From Octopus sinensis (taxonomy: Eukaryota): 64,000 bases of DNA. Position numbers and translations under genes: made by a program. The notes beneath the pieces are model-generated. The model made no database searches. It was not told the origin of the DNA and saw only the letters and a program-made list of their open reading frames with translations. The stretch lies in the NCBI RefSeq assembly GCF_006345805.1, contig NC_043001.1, positions 100,812,001 through 100,876,000 of the forward strand. Direction: 5' to 3'. Each line of letters opens with the position of its first letter. Position 1 is the stretch's first letter. Positions 24,471-36,900 of the stretch are shown here, piece after piece.

Positions 24471-25219
24471 TCAGGGGCAAAGGCTTGTCCTCAGAAGAAA
24501 GCAATTCAAGACACATCTAGTTACACTGATTTCATTATTTCATTTAAATTGCTTGGCATTTGGGTCAGCAGCTGTGGCAGCAACCCTCCAAGTGTTGGTT
24601 GTTGTGACGTATTTTCATATGGGGGTGGGGGGTGGAAAATGGTGTTGGTGGCATATGTTATGATGTTGGTTGCAGTTGTCATGATGTTTTCAGAGGAGCC
24701 ACCAGCCCATCTCCTATCGACTGTCAATTTTCGGGCTCAAGCAGCAGCTTACTATAGCTTCCTTGATGCAAAGATTTCCAGTGTTCCTCTCCAAGGCCTG
24801 TACAGGGGCTTGTCCTTATGCCTAGTTTGGCCATCTGCTGAACTGTAACACTAATGTCACAACTAACCACAGATCTATATCATGTCTGATGTATCTTGTT
24901 GTGCTGTTTTTGTTTGAGCCATGTCCTGGGACACAAATCTACGGTCAGAGACATGTTTGACAGTTTCAGTCTGTGTTTTGGTCATGTTTTCTGTTCTAAA
25001 GATACAACAAACTGTACTTTTTCCTTTTTTGGTGGAGATCATTTTCCCAGATGTGTCCAAGAGGACTTCTTGTACTATTTGATGTCAGGGGAAATTTAAT
25101 CTGCTTCCATCATTTCATAAGTAAAGCTATGTAATCTTTCTCATCAGGCTTTGATTATCCCCTGGGATAATGAAATACGACTGAGTTTTACAAAATCCTC
25201 TTACTATTATATTTTCTTT

Positions 25220-25418
25220 CAAGGTGGCAAGCTGGCTGAATCGTTAGCATACCAGGCAAAATGCTGCTAATGCTCAGAATTCAAATTCCACTGAGGTCAG
25301 CTTTTCCTTTCATCCTTTTGGGGTTGATAAAATAAGTACCAGTTGAACACTGGGGTCAATGTAATCAACTTACCCTCTTCCCGAAATTGCTTGCCTTGTG
25401 CTAAAATTTTAAAGCATT
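25220..25418 (+). mobile_element. Meta-like SINE (tail variant B)
   Basis: AAGGTGGCAAGCTGGCTGAATCGTTAGC...CCTTTCATCCTTTTGGGGTTGATAAAATAAGTACCAG. Confidence 0.8.
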
Positions 25419-25642
25419 ATTATATTTTCTTTATAATTGTGATAGATCCATTAATATTGACATTTTTTTGGCCATCTTTGAAACGTCTGAATCACTTGTA
25501 CATTTGTGTGTGTCTCATACACACCTCTCCATACACTTTCTACAACTTCATGTAGGCCTCTGAGCAGGTATCACCATGGCAACTTTCTCTGTCGCGGTCA
25601 ATGTGACAATCACATGCTACACACCTTCCTTCCAAGCACTGC

Positions 25643-26090
25643 TGTAAACAGCAGAAAAGACTTAGAATGTTAAAACGTAGTGCACAAGCACAACAAAGTT
25701 CAAAGTGAATCTTTGCCAAGTGGCTTTACTCTGCCTGCTTTAGCTTCATTACTATGACAACAGTTCAGATACTTATTGATCAGACCTCGTAAATAATAGT
25801 GATCCGAGTGAGTTCAGAGTTCAGAGCCGAGTGAAGTTCATGTTAGTTCACAGTGAAGTCAGAAGGTGTTGGTTGGTTAGTTCACGAAGAATATTGATTG
25901 TTGGTTCATAAAGAGATTTGTTAGGTTATTACATTGTTTTTATTGTTGTCTGGTTATCTTATTAATTGTACGTAACAATCACGATACAACAAGCGTATAA
26001 GCATTGTTTCATAAGGTTGTGAAACAAACCTCTTTTCCTGTTGTCTCGTCCTGAAAACTCACTCCTGAGAAAATAAAAATTCATTTTACA
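25643..26090 (+). mobile_element. Possible solo LTR (448 bp)
   Basis: TGTAAA...TTTACA inverted termini, TAAATAA followed by AGTTCAG repeats, AATAAA near the 3' end; no TSD seen. Confidence 0.4.
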
Positions 26091-26145
26091 AAAGTACTCC
26101 AAAAAAGATTTTCATTCAATAATGTTAAAATTAAAACATGTTTTG

Positions 26146-26365
26146 AAAGGTGGATCAGACAGATACCATCGCACTACATGCTTTGGACAAAATGCTTAAT
26201 GGTATTTCTTCTGGCTTTATGAACTGAGCTGAAATTCTGCCAAGGTGGACTTTGCCACTAATCCTTTCAGGGCCGATAAAATAAAAGAATTAGTTCAACA
26301 CAAGGGACAATGTAATTGACTGGCCCCTTTGCTAAGTTTCAGGCTTGCACTTGTAATAGAAAGAG
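26146..26365 (+). mobile_element. Meta-like SINE, old copy
   Basis: CAAAATGCTTAATGGTATTTC...GGACTTTGCC...CCTTTCAGGGCCGATAAAATAAAAG. Confidence 0.65.
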
Positions 26366-26449
26366 ACGGAAAATAATTAAGCCTTACAGACACATTTGAC
26401 ATTAAAGTCAATTCATCATCATCATCATCCCCTCCTCCTCCTCCTCCTC

Positions 26450-26722
26450 ATCATCATCATTGAACATCCAATCCAAGCTGGCATGAATTGGATGGTTTGA
26501 CTGGAGTTGGCAAGCCAGAGAGCTGCACCAGGTTCCATTCATCTGCTTTGGCATGCTTTCTATGACTGGATGCCCTTCCAAACACCGACCACTTTACAGA
26601 GTGTACTGAGTGCTTTCTGTGTGACACCAGCGTGGGTGCTTCTTACATGGTGCCAACACGGGTGGTGCTTTTTATGTGGCACTAGTACATGTGTTTTTTT
26701 ATGTGGCACCAGTGCCAGCTGG
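26450..26722 (-). mobile_element. RTE 3' end with (GAT)n tail
   Basis: CTGGATGCCCTTCC motif, GGTGCTTTTTATGTGGCAC units and (CAT)n on the plus strand. Confidence 0.75.
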
Positions 26723-27427
26723 TCAATATATAAGCAATGAAATACAATTGGCACCAGAGATAGTATTTCCACTGCTGGAACAATTATAATTGATTCATAC
26801 TCCATGTTGCTTTGCTTTCAGTTGTCTGCCTATGTACTGCTACATGTCTATTTATGCAGAGCTGAGTAGAATATCCTCAAGAACAAGGATATCCACACCA
26901 TAATGCATACAAACAACAACAACATCATAAACCCACAGCCTGGTTAATGGCATAAAAAACCATCGTGCAACCTCTTTTGCTCTTCTTTTAACCAAACACA
27001 AACATACACTGCACACAAAAACAGCTGTAACATCAATTTCCTATCCAGCTCAAAAATCCGTGCCAGATTTCCTATCATCTCTAATAAATTCTAAAGAATC
27101 ACAGCTGTCTCTTACACACTGACTCTACCTCATCCACTTTCACTCATCAATCTAACACTTATCAGCTTTATTCCTCTCGTTCCTGTTTTCCCTTGTAATA
27201 TCTCGCCAACTCTAATGTCAGTTTTAAAGCAATCAATAGCTAGGTTGCTATTGTTTCCTCATAGATTTATTGACAATACATTCTCCAACACAACCATTCA
27301 CATTTCTCTCCTTCTTTCTTTCTTTCTTTCTTTCTTTCTCCTTTCCCCTCTTTCCTCTTAGCTCTCTTTCTCCCTTTCAATCACTTTATTTCTATCAGTC
27401 TGTTTGTTTGTCTTTCTGTCTCTCTCG

Positions 27428-27973
<546 letters not shown>

Positions 27974-28360
27974 TATATATCTACTCTAGTTGTCTGTCTG
28001 TCTTTCAGTAAACCTACCTACATACCTACCTACCTGCCAGCCTACTCATCTACCTATCTACTCTATTTGTCTATTTAATTGTCTGTCTGTCTGTGTGTAT
28101 GTTTAATCATTATGGTGTTGTGTGCATATCAATTTAGTGTACTTTGGTAAGAAGAAGCTATTCAATGATACAGACTATTCTCATCACTCTGGTGGGTCCA
28201 TTAGTTCTGGTGCTGTAGAGAAAAAAGTTCATCAGGTGGAATATATTAAGCAATATACAGATAATAACATAGATTATAAAACATCGCAATCAGGCGACAG
28301 GATTTTGTGAAGAGGACAACAAGCGTAACTTTAGATGCAGTTTCAGACAGGCTGTAAATA

Positions 28361-28568
28361 TATTTCTTTACTACCCACAAGGGGCTAAACACAGAGGGGA
28401 CAAACAAGGAGAGACAAACGGATTAAGTCGATTACATCGACCCCAGTGGAAAACTGGTACTTTATTTATCGACCCTGAAAGGATGAAAGGCAAAGTCGAC
28501 CTTGGCGGAATTTGAACTCAGAACATAACGACAGACGAAATACCGCTAAGCATCTTGCCCGGCGCTAA
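28361..28568 (-). mobile_element. Meta-like SINE (tail variant A), young copy
   Basis: Near-identical to 24251-24470. Confidence 0.9.
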
Positions 28569-28599
28569 TGTTTCAAAGGAATTAATTGTTTTTGAATCT

Positions 28600-28785
28600 T
28601 TATTGGTTTCGAACTTTGGCACAAGGCCAGCAATTTTGGAGCTGGAGGTAAGTCGGTTTCATTGACCTCAGTGTCCAACTTGTACCTACTTTATCGACCT
28701 TGAAATGATGAGAAGCACAGTTGACTTAGGTGGAATTTGAACTCAGAATCTAATGCTAAGGATTTTGTCTGGCAGTGTTTCTGAA
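28600..28785 (-). mobile_element. Meta-like SINE (tail variant B), old copy directly behind the variant A copy
   Basis: GGCACAAGGCCAGCAATTTT...GGAATTTGAACTCAGAA. Confidence 0.7.
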
Positions 28786-31349
28786 CAAATATTAAATGAG
28801 ACAAAGTTTCGTTCATTCGATCTCTCTTTTTACTGTCTGTGGTGAATGGCGATAGACATTTGAAAAAAATAAAACACAAAGACCAAAATTTGATAAATAT
28901 AGTTTCAAACAAAATAAATATGTAAAAGAATAAAATAAAGGAAAATAAAAATAATCAAAATAAATAAATAAATAAATGAAAATAAAGTGATAAAAAAAGA
29001 TAACTAAATAAAAGACACTGGTACAGTGTAGTAAGCAAACACATACACACACACAAAGCACATATACTAAACACACAGACATGTGCGCACAGACACACAC
29101 ACACATACGTACACACACACACACACTCACACACACAGAAATACAGACACAAATGCATGTGCAGGTAAGGCTACACACCACAGAAAGACAGAATGGACTA
29201 AAGAGAACAGAAAGGGACACATGGGATGAAGGGTCACTGAAGAGGTCACAGGATGAGTGATGAAAGATTTCAGACAAAGGGACGCTAAAATAATGATAAT
29301 AATAATAACATTGCTAAAGTGAAGAACAAGTATATGGTGCATATGGTTAAATGGCAAAAAATATGACCATCACCACAAACATGAGTTCTTTCTTCAGGAA
29401 GAAAAAAGAAGCTAGTAGGAATGTGAATGTATCAAAAAGAAAGGAAATTTATATTATAAAATATTAAAAGGGCAAAAGGGACAAAACAGTGAAGGGCTGG
29501 AAATTAGGATGGGGAAATGCTGCTCAACAGCAGAGTTGAGAAGGAAGCAAGGATCAAGTATGTAGTCTCAAAATCATGTTTTCAGTTTTAGATGTAGGAG
29601 AGAGAGAGGTGAGGTGTAAGTCAGGGATTTTGTAAAACCGAAATTGTGATGTTGAAGGTTGCATTGTCATAAGAGACAGAGATGGATTATTTGCAAAGGA
29701 AGAGAAAGGGGTTAGGGTTAGGGTGAATGAAGAAGATGAAGGAGCTTAGCTCTCTGTGGGAGAGAAAGAGGGTGTTGGTTCAGTGATAAAGGTAACCACT
29801 GTATAACCATGAAGTGGGATAAGATTAGGATTCATTGTAATCAACAAATAATTTGGTATAGTTTGAGTCCGTTTTTGTGTCCGTAGTGGGATGAATTTTT
29901 GTTAAACAGGGTGGTATGGAGGCTGAAGAAATGCTGGAAAGGAAAGAGGTCCTTGTCTTAATAGATTACAATATACAAAGAAGTGAAAAGGGTCAAAGGT
30001 GGTTGGCACCAAAGGAAAGAAGAGAAGATGGTGAATAGTGTGGTTGGTATTTGAGAGGTGGTAGGGGAGATCAGCAACCATGAGTGCAAGTGGGGTGAGA
30101 AATAGGCAGAGGGGAGCTGATACATGCAGAAACCATGGGGCAGCCAGGGAGTTAAACATGTTGGGGACAAAATATATGGTGGAGGTGCAGGTTAGCAGAT
30201 GAGGAGGCTGGAATCTCAGGGATGAAAGGCAGGAGAGGGGTAAGTTGGTGGAGTGGATACATTGTAGATTGTAGGGATGGGATCAGAGAACAAAGGATAT
30301 TGTGGAGCTATGATAATGGATTGATCCTGTAGAAGCAAGCACACCGCACAACTATGTTGGTGCTTTACAGTGCTGACAGGAGCAGAGTGAAGAGAGTTTG
30401 GTCTGTGAAGACTTCTGAAAACTGGTGGATTTCTTGATGATAGGCCTGAACAAAAAGGTTCTGGGTTCGATGACACAGTTGTGCAGTGTCAAAACAGCAA
30501 AGGGACATAGAGAGGTTGGTAGAGGAGGCGAAGGAGGAAGAGGAGGATTGGGTGAAATGGTTGGAGGTGAAATCGGTGGAGCAGATTGGGTGATCACTGA
30601 GTGTGCAAGTGTGGTGGTGTAAGGTGTAGAAAGGACAGGGGTGGAGGAAGTGGAGCAGGTGGGAGTATGAGTAAGATGTGGGGAAGGTGAAATGTAGGAA
30701 TGGAAGAAGAGATAGGAAAGGTGGGCGCATATGGGTAGGCAACAGGAAATGCTTCTAAGTGTAAAAAATGTCAAAAAATATATAAAATTTAAAAAAAAAA
30801 ATATTTATTAAGTAGAATACATTTATAGTCCAAAGAGTAGAATTAATTATAATAAGTATGTAAGGAAATCTACTTTACCAGAAATAACAGGTTAGATTAA
30901 ATATATTGAAATGATAGGTTAGTATTAATAGTGTCTGAGACATGTTGTTGATGTATCAAGAGAGGGAGGAAGGGGAGAGGGAGGAGAAGGAGAGTAAGAA
31001 GATGAAGGAGAGGGGAAAGAAGGAGAAAGAAGAAGATGAAGAGGAAAAGAAGAAGGTTATGGCAAAGGAACTGAGTAGGAATTAGGTATTTGGAGAAGTG
31101 AGGAATTTGTTTGGTGTAAAGAGCAAAACAGAGAATTCAAAATATAAATTGAAACAAATAAAAAAAATTTAGGCAAAGAGGATTGGCAGGTGAAGCTAAA
31201 GTATTAAGGTAGATTAAGGTAGCAAGATTAAGGTAGATTAAGGTAACAAAATGGGTTAAAGACTGCTACTGGGGTCTGAGAAGAATGTGTACATGGAAAA
31301 AAAATCTGTCAGAAACTTAGTATATACACAACATCATGTGTGTTAAATA

Positions 31350-31519
31350 CATCATCATCATCATTTAACGTCCGTGTTCCATACTAGCATGGGTGGGATG
31401 GTACCACAAAGTCGGCCAGACCAAAGCCTGCACCAGACTTCTGTGACTGTTTTGGCAGGATTTTTACAACTGGATGCCCTTCCTAACACCAACCACTCAG
31501 TAGAGTGGACTTAGTGCTT
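31350..31519 (-). mobile_element. RTE 3' end with (GAT)n tail
   Basis: CATCATTTAACGTCCGTGTTCCATACTAGCATGGG...CTGGATGCCCTTCCTAACACCAACCACTC. Confidence 0.85.
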
Positions 31520-32077
31520 AGGATGGAGATGGTGGCAAAATGCCGGGCATACTCACAAGGAACAAGGATCAGAGTATAAATGAGATGGTTGAGTAAAGGA
31601 AGAGAGAGAGTACGTGGCAAAAGACCTGAGTATATATAGATTTGGTGGGGCTACTGGATAGCAATGATCCAGAGGAACAGAGGTGTGAGGACAGGATTGG
31701 GGAGTGAGAGCTAGGCATAGTGTATGAAGGAGGAAATGCGTAAAAGAGAAGAGATGTAAATTGGTTTGTTGGAGTAGAGTGAGAGGAAAAGTTTTCTTGT
31801 TAGTCCTGGGTGGATTAGCAGATGGCAATAACAGAGTGAGACAAGGTATGTGGGTACAACACACAGGTTGGGGGCAAGCAGAGAGCAATGATACAGTGGC
31901 ACTGGGCCAGGGCCAAGAGGACAAGATTGGGGAGTGGGAGGTAATCATAGTACATGAAGTGGAAATGTGAGGAAGAGAAGGGATGTGAATTGGTTTGTTG
32001 GGGTGGGGTGAGAGGAAAGTTTTCTTGTTATGTGTAACATGTTACCCTGACAGCAAAATAAGAAATTAACTAAATGG

Positions 32078-32240
32078 GAATGGCCCTGTAGTAAGAAGTT
32101 TGCTTCTCAACCACATTATTCTGGGTTCACTTTCATTGCTTGGCACCTTGAGCAAGTGTCTTCTGTTATACCTTTAGGCTGCCCCTTGTGTGCAATATGA
32201 AGCCTTGTGAGAGGAATTGGCAAAGAAACACTGAAAACAA
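32078..32240 (+). mobile_element. CORE-like SINE 5' half; mariner inserted in the following TA tract
   Basis: GGGTTCAC...GGCACCTTGAGCAAGTGTCTTCT. Confidence 0.65.
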
Positions 32241-32253
32241 ATATATATATGTA

Positions 32254-33386
32254 CGAGGGGCGTCCAATAAGTAATGCTCCTGACCCTCTCGCACTTGTTT
32301 GATCTAGCTGAAATTTTGCATGTACAATTATTTATATCACTATAGATTAAGTGAAAAATTACAGCTCTGAACTAATTGTGGTTTCTGATTTACAGGTGTT
32401 TGAACTGAGTCAAGTGTGAAATGAAGCTTGTTGAGTGTCGAGCAGTGATCCGGTTTTTGTATTTGAAAGAACGCACACCACGGGAGACTTTTCATGAAAT
32501 GAAAGTAACTTATGGTGATGATGCCCCATCATATGACCTTGTAAAACGCTGGCATCGTGAATTCAAACATGGTTGGAACTTTGTGGAAACAACTCCCAGA
32601 TCTGGTCGACCCCCTTCTGCCATTGATGAGGCATCTGTCCGTCAAATTGAGGCTGCTATTTTGGAAGATCGACGCATAACTATTCGCTAAATAGCCCATG
32701 AGATCAAGATTAGTACCGGATCTGTGGAAACTATCATTCATGACCATTTGCATATGCAAAAGGTGTCTGCCAGATGGATTCCCATGTTGCTCACATCTTT
32801 CCAGAAGCAAAAACGCGTCGAGTGCTTGAGGATGAATTTGGAGATGTGCCAAGAAGATGAGTCAAAATTTTTCAAAAGACTGATTACACAGGAGGAAACC
32901 TGGGCCCATCACTATGATCCAGAGACCAAAGCCCAGTCAATGCAGTGGAAGAACCGTGATTGACCTCCTCCAAAGTAGGCAAGGGTGCAGCCCTCCACTG
33001 GCAAGGTCATGCTCACAGTCTTCTGGGACCAGGACGGAGTAGTGATGACAGATTTCCTGGCAAAGGGTACCACAATTACAGGAGCCTATTAAGCTTCACT
33101 TTTGAGGAAATTAAGAGAAGCTATCACCTCTTCCCAGTCATGAAGTTGTTTTTGAAAGGAATGCATTTTCCAGATGATGCAGCCTTGATTTCTGAAGTCA
33201 CGTCATGGTTGGAGGACCAAGCTGGGGTCTTTTACAAAAACGGTCTCCAGAGCTGCATCAAACGATGGGAGAAATGCGTAACTCTGGGTATTGTCTATGC
33301 AGAAAAAGACTAATAACTGTGCCAAGTTTCGTTGCTCTACTTCTATGGGAAGTGGGTCAGGGGCATTACTTATTGAACGCCCCTCG
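32254..33386 (+). mobile_element. Mariner DNA transposon (1133 bp), defective
   Basis: TA flanks; 33-bp TIRs with 2 mismatches; transposase from ATG 32421 (ECRAVIRFL, RSGRP, KVSARWIP, HYDPETKAQS, GKVMLTVFWD) to 33313; in-frame stops; first catalytic D reads E (ITQEETW); segment with DNAP and YSPDL is missing. Confidence 0.97.
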
Positions 33387-33400
33387 TATATATATGTACG

Positions 33401-33445
<45 letters not shown>

Positions 33446-33449
<4 letters not shown>

Positions 33450-33865
33450 AATGTTTGTAGCCACTTCAACATTGCTGTTCCATTTGAATAGACTTTACTG
33501 CAATTTTTTAACCCCGAGAGGTCATTTCCTCTAGCTGGTTAATGATGCACAGCTGCATCCGATATATTGTGAGCAAGGGAACCAACCCCTACCACCTTCT
33601 AGCGACAGGACCAGCACACCAGCCTGGTTTCAGGATATATTTCTGCCTCTCTTCAGTACTGGACACCTTGTCTGCTAGAAATGGCAGTTGCTCACCTCTG
33701 CTCACAATATATATAAATTCAAGCAACACACAGTCACTGATCTTGCAACAAGCAAAAACAAGCAGCTGTGCATTGTGAACCAGCCAGAGGAGATGTCATT
33801 TTGGGGTTAAAAAATCATAGTAAAGGAGCAGAACAGCCATGTTGAAGTGGCTAGAAGCATTACTT
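33446..33865. mobile_element. Fold-back element (~420 bp) with a hammerhead motif at the apex
   Basis: 33448-33556 matches the reverse complement of 33762-33863; pairing continues inward past a ~48-bp insertion in the right arm (ATATATTGTGAGCA/TGCTCACAATATAT, TTCTAGC/GCTAGAA). Confidence 0.85.
33611..33662 (-). ncRNA. Type-I hammerhead motif with non-cleavable G17
   Basis: ccagta CTGAAGA g agg(cagaaatatat)cct GAAA ccag g ctgg T G tgctgg: helix I 6 bp, near-palindromic helix III. Confidence 0.7.
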
Positions 33866-33925
33866 GTTACTACAACTACTGGTATCATCTCTTGGAGAGA
33901 TTTTAGAACTAGCCTTTTAGCTTAT

Positions 33926-34326
33926 ACTAGCAGCATAGCCTGGCGTTGCCCGGGTATGTAAGAGCCCCTAGTAGGCAACGACTAATCCCAATCTAGTTCT
34001 TTCCCTCTAGGGAATGAAGGCGCATATGTAGGTTGCAATGTATTCTCTTCACTCGAATACTTCTATGTATATGATGTTCCTAGCTGTCTCCCGACAGAAA
34101 ATGTGTTGCATATAAAAAGCTTAGATTCTCGACCCCATGTCGAATTTATCGATTTTTTCAGAACTGGGGAAACTTTTCAAAATTTTCACTGCGTTAGTTT
34201 TGAATTATGACATTGGGCTATGTGTGTGTCAAGTTTCATCAGAATCGGTTGAAAGCCGTGGTCAGTGTGAAGGTACAACCTGAGAGGCACACAGGCAGAC
34301 AAACTGCCGTTTATATATATAGAGAT
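33926..34326 (+). mobile_element. Non-autonomous Helitron-like element (Lep1/HINE-like)
   Basis: 5' ACTAGC...CCTGGCGTTGCCCGGG hairpin; AAGTTTCATCAGAATCGG; 3' CAGACAAAC...TTTATATATATAGAGAT. Confidence 0.75.
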
Positions 34327-34391
34327 GTGTGTGTGTGTGTGTGTATGTGTGTGTGTGTATTTATATATGTGTTTGTATATACATTTATATA

Positions 34392-34583
34392 TGTTTGTGC
34401 GTTTGTCTCCCACCATTACTTGTGTATATGTTCCTGTAACTTAGCGATTTGGCAAAAGAGACTGATAGAATGAGTACCATGGCTAAAAATAAAGTCAGAA
34501 CTGGGGTTGATACATTAGACTAGAATTCTTCAAGCCAGTGCTCCAGAATGGTCACGGTCTAACTGAAAAAGGTAAAAGATAAA
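34392..34583 (+). mobile_element. CORE-like SINE 3' half
   Basis: GTAACTTAGCGATTTGGCAAAAGAGACTGATAGAATGAGTAC...GTGCTCCAG. Confidence 0.75.
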
Positions 34584-34914
34584 ACAAGATGAAGACTGGT
34601 TGGGTGAATAGTTTGAGAAAGTCTGGGAAGGGGGGGGTCTTGAGAAAGCAAAGATTCTATAAATGTCACCAATTGTTGTACAGTGTTTAGATGAACGTCA
34701 ACAGAAGTTCTTGTTATTTTCATGCTCAAGTCTTGGGGTTGTAGTAGAAGCAGGAGACTGGGAACTGCTTCCTTGCAGAGAAATGGTTTTGCTCTGTTTA
34801 TTTTGTATATTACGATACCTTGCATTACCATCCAAACACGATAGCATCGCATTGTCTTTGACATAAATTGCAATCTCTTTTGCTCAGTATAAGACTATGT
34901 ATTTATCTTAATAT

Positions 34915-35283
34915 CTTTTAATTGTTTCAGTCATTTGACTGTGGCCATGCTGGAGCACTGCTTTGAAGAATTCTTTGCCAGTTGACCCCAGAGCTTAATT
35001 TTTTTTACAGCCTGGTACTCATTCTGTTAGTCTCTTTTGCTGAACCATTATTTACGAGAATGCAAACAAACCAGCACTGGTTGTCAAGCAGTTGTGAGGA
35101 ACAAACAAATACATACACATACACAGATATATAACTATATATACGATGGGCTTCTTTCAGTTTCTGTCTACCTAATCTACTGACTATAGTAGAAGACACT
35201 TGCTCAAGGTACCACACAGTGGAACTGAACCCAGAGGCATGTGGTAAGGAAGCAAACTTCTTACCACACAGCTACGTCTGCAT
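34915..35283 (-). mobile_element. CORE-like SINE, near full length
   Basis: Reverse complement of the 51448-51861 family with an internal deletion. Confidence 0.85.
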
Positions 35284-35819
35284 TTAGTCTTAAGTAATAA
35301 TTTCCATTTGAGAGTGACATTTAAATTTTCCATTCAGATTCCTACATATATAATCTAGTTGTTGTAGCTTAGTTTAAAAGGGTTTGGAGTTGAATAAACA
35401 CACTCACTCACACACACACACACACACATGTATGTATATGTGTAAGTATGTATATATATGTGTGTGTGTGTGTACTTATGTATGCATACACAAATATATG
35501 TACTGGCATGAATGTGTGTATATACACAAAGGCGCTGGCATAGATGACATTGTACACAGAGATCTTATTACAAACTAAGCTTCATAAATGTTTGGCATAT
35601 TTTAACGGTTCCTTTGACAGCTTATAGATGTAATTTTCAGATTAAATGTGTTCTTCCGGGTTTTGTGGATTACATTTTCTCAAGACTAAACCCAAGGCAG
35701 TTGGTTATGCGGACAAGTGCTGCACTGATTCTTAGTAGAAATCGAAAGTTAGTCAGAAAGGACAACCTATAGATTGTCAGAAACCTTTACTATTCTGTGG
35801 ATGTCATCTACTGGGTAAC

Positions 35820-36298
35820 TGATATCAAAATCAAAATCAAATATCAAATCACAATCCAATGGATTGTGACCGATGCCAGTGCTGCCTAACTGGCTCTTGT
35901 GCTGGTGGCATGCAATAAGCACCATTCATGCGTGGGTCATTGCTAGTGTCGTCTGATTGGCTCCCTGTGCTGGTGGCACATAAAAAGCACCATCCTAATG
36001 TGGTTGATGCCAGCCCCCATCACCCCAACTGGCTTCTGTGCCAGTAGCACATAAAAAGCACCATCCAAACATGGCCAATGCCAGTGCCGCCTGACTGGCT
36101 TCCATACTGGTGGCACGTAAAATGCACCCACTACACTCTCAGAGTGGTTGGCATTAGGAAAGGCATCCAGCTGTAGAAACATTACCAGATCAGATTGGAG
36201 CCTGGTGAGGTCTGATGACTTGCTAGTCCCCAGTCAAACTATCCAACCCATGCCAGTTAGGAAAACGGGCGTTAAACGATGATGATGATAATGATGAG
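35820..36298 (+). mobile_element. RTE 3' UTR with four 66-71-bp units and (GAT)n tail
   Basis: Units at 35872, 35939, 36006 and 36077; GGCATTAGGAAAGGCATCCAG; CGTTAAACGATGATGAT. Confidence 0.85.
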
Positions 36299-36309
36299 CT
36301 TAATTTCTT

Positions 36310-36900
36310 TCCCATATTTCAGGTTATTAGGTTCATTCAGTCAGCCTTGCATTTTATTAAAGTTTTGACAAGGCCATTCCATCACTATCTTCTTGAATTA
36401 TGGTGTTGCCCTTCATATCTCTGTAGCTTGCATTATCCTTTCTTTGATTTGCATTATATAGTGTTCTCATCAAGACATCAAGTCTCTTGGGTAAGTAATA
36501 TGGTGTGGTGCCATTTTGGGAAGGCTACGGGCATTTGTGTATGATGTGGGGGACATCATCAATGTTAATTCATAATGGATAACATTGATTTGCTACACTA
36601 TATCATTATCTTCATATTTGTTGTCTAAACGACAGTTGATTCACTTAGTTACAATTGACATTTCTATCTTTGCTATTTCTGTTATTGGTGTTGCGGATTT
36701 GCTTTGGTTCAAAAATGGAAGAATTTGTGCAAAACTCAGTTGTGGCAGCGTAAGACAATTTGATGGTATTTTTCATGGTGGTAAAAAATTCTTTAGTATC
36801 AATGCTTGGGGGATAAAGGTTTTCTAATTCAGTGGAAGAAGAGTGCCGTAATAAGTTAACGTCAGTGTACAGGATGAAACATGTGGCTATCTGCAAAGAA
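36310..36900 (-). mobile_element. LINE EN-RT linker relic
   Basis: ELENLYPPSIDTKEFFTTMKNTIK...; YRDMKGNTIIQED resembles IKD..GN.I. Confidence 0.4.

Noticed and set aside
24453-24848. 131-aa non-repetitive ORF
   Set aside because: Starts inside a SINE head and shows no recognisable domain or splice structure
29231-29276. CTGAAGA ggtcac...gtgat GAAA gatttc agac
   Set aside because: A-A mismatch at the base of helix I, weak helix III, purine-rich background
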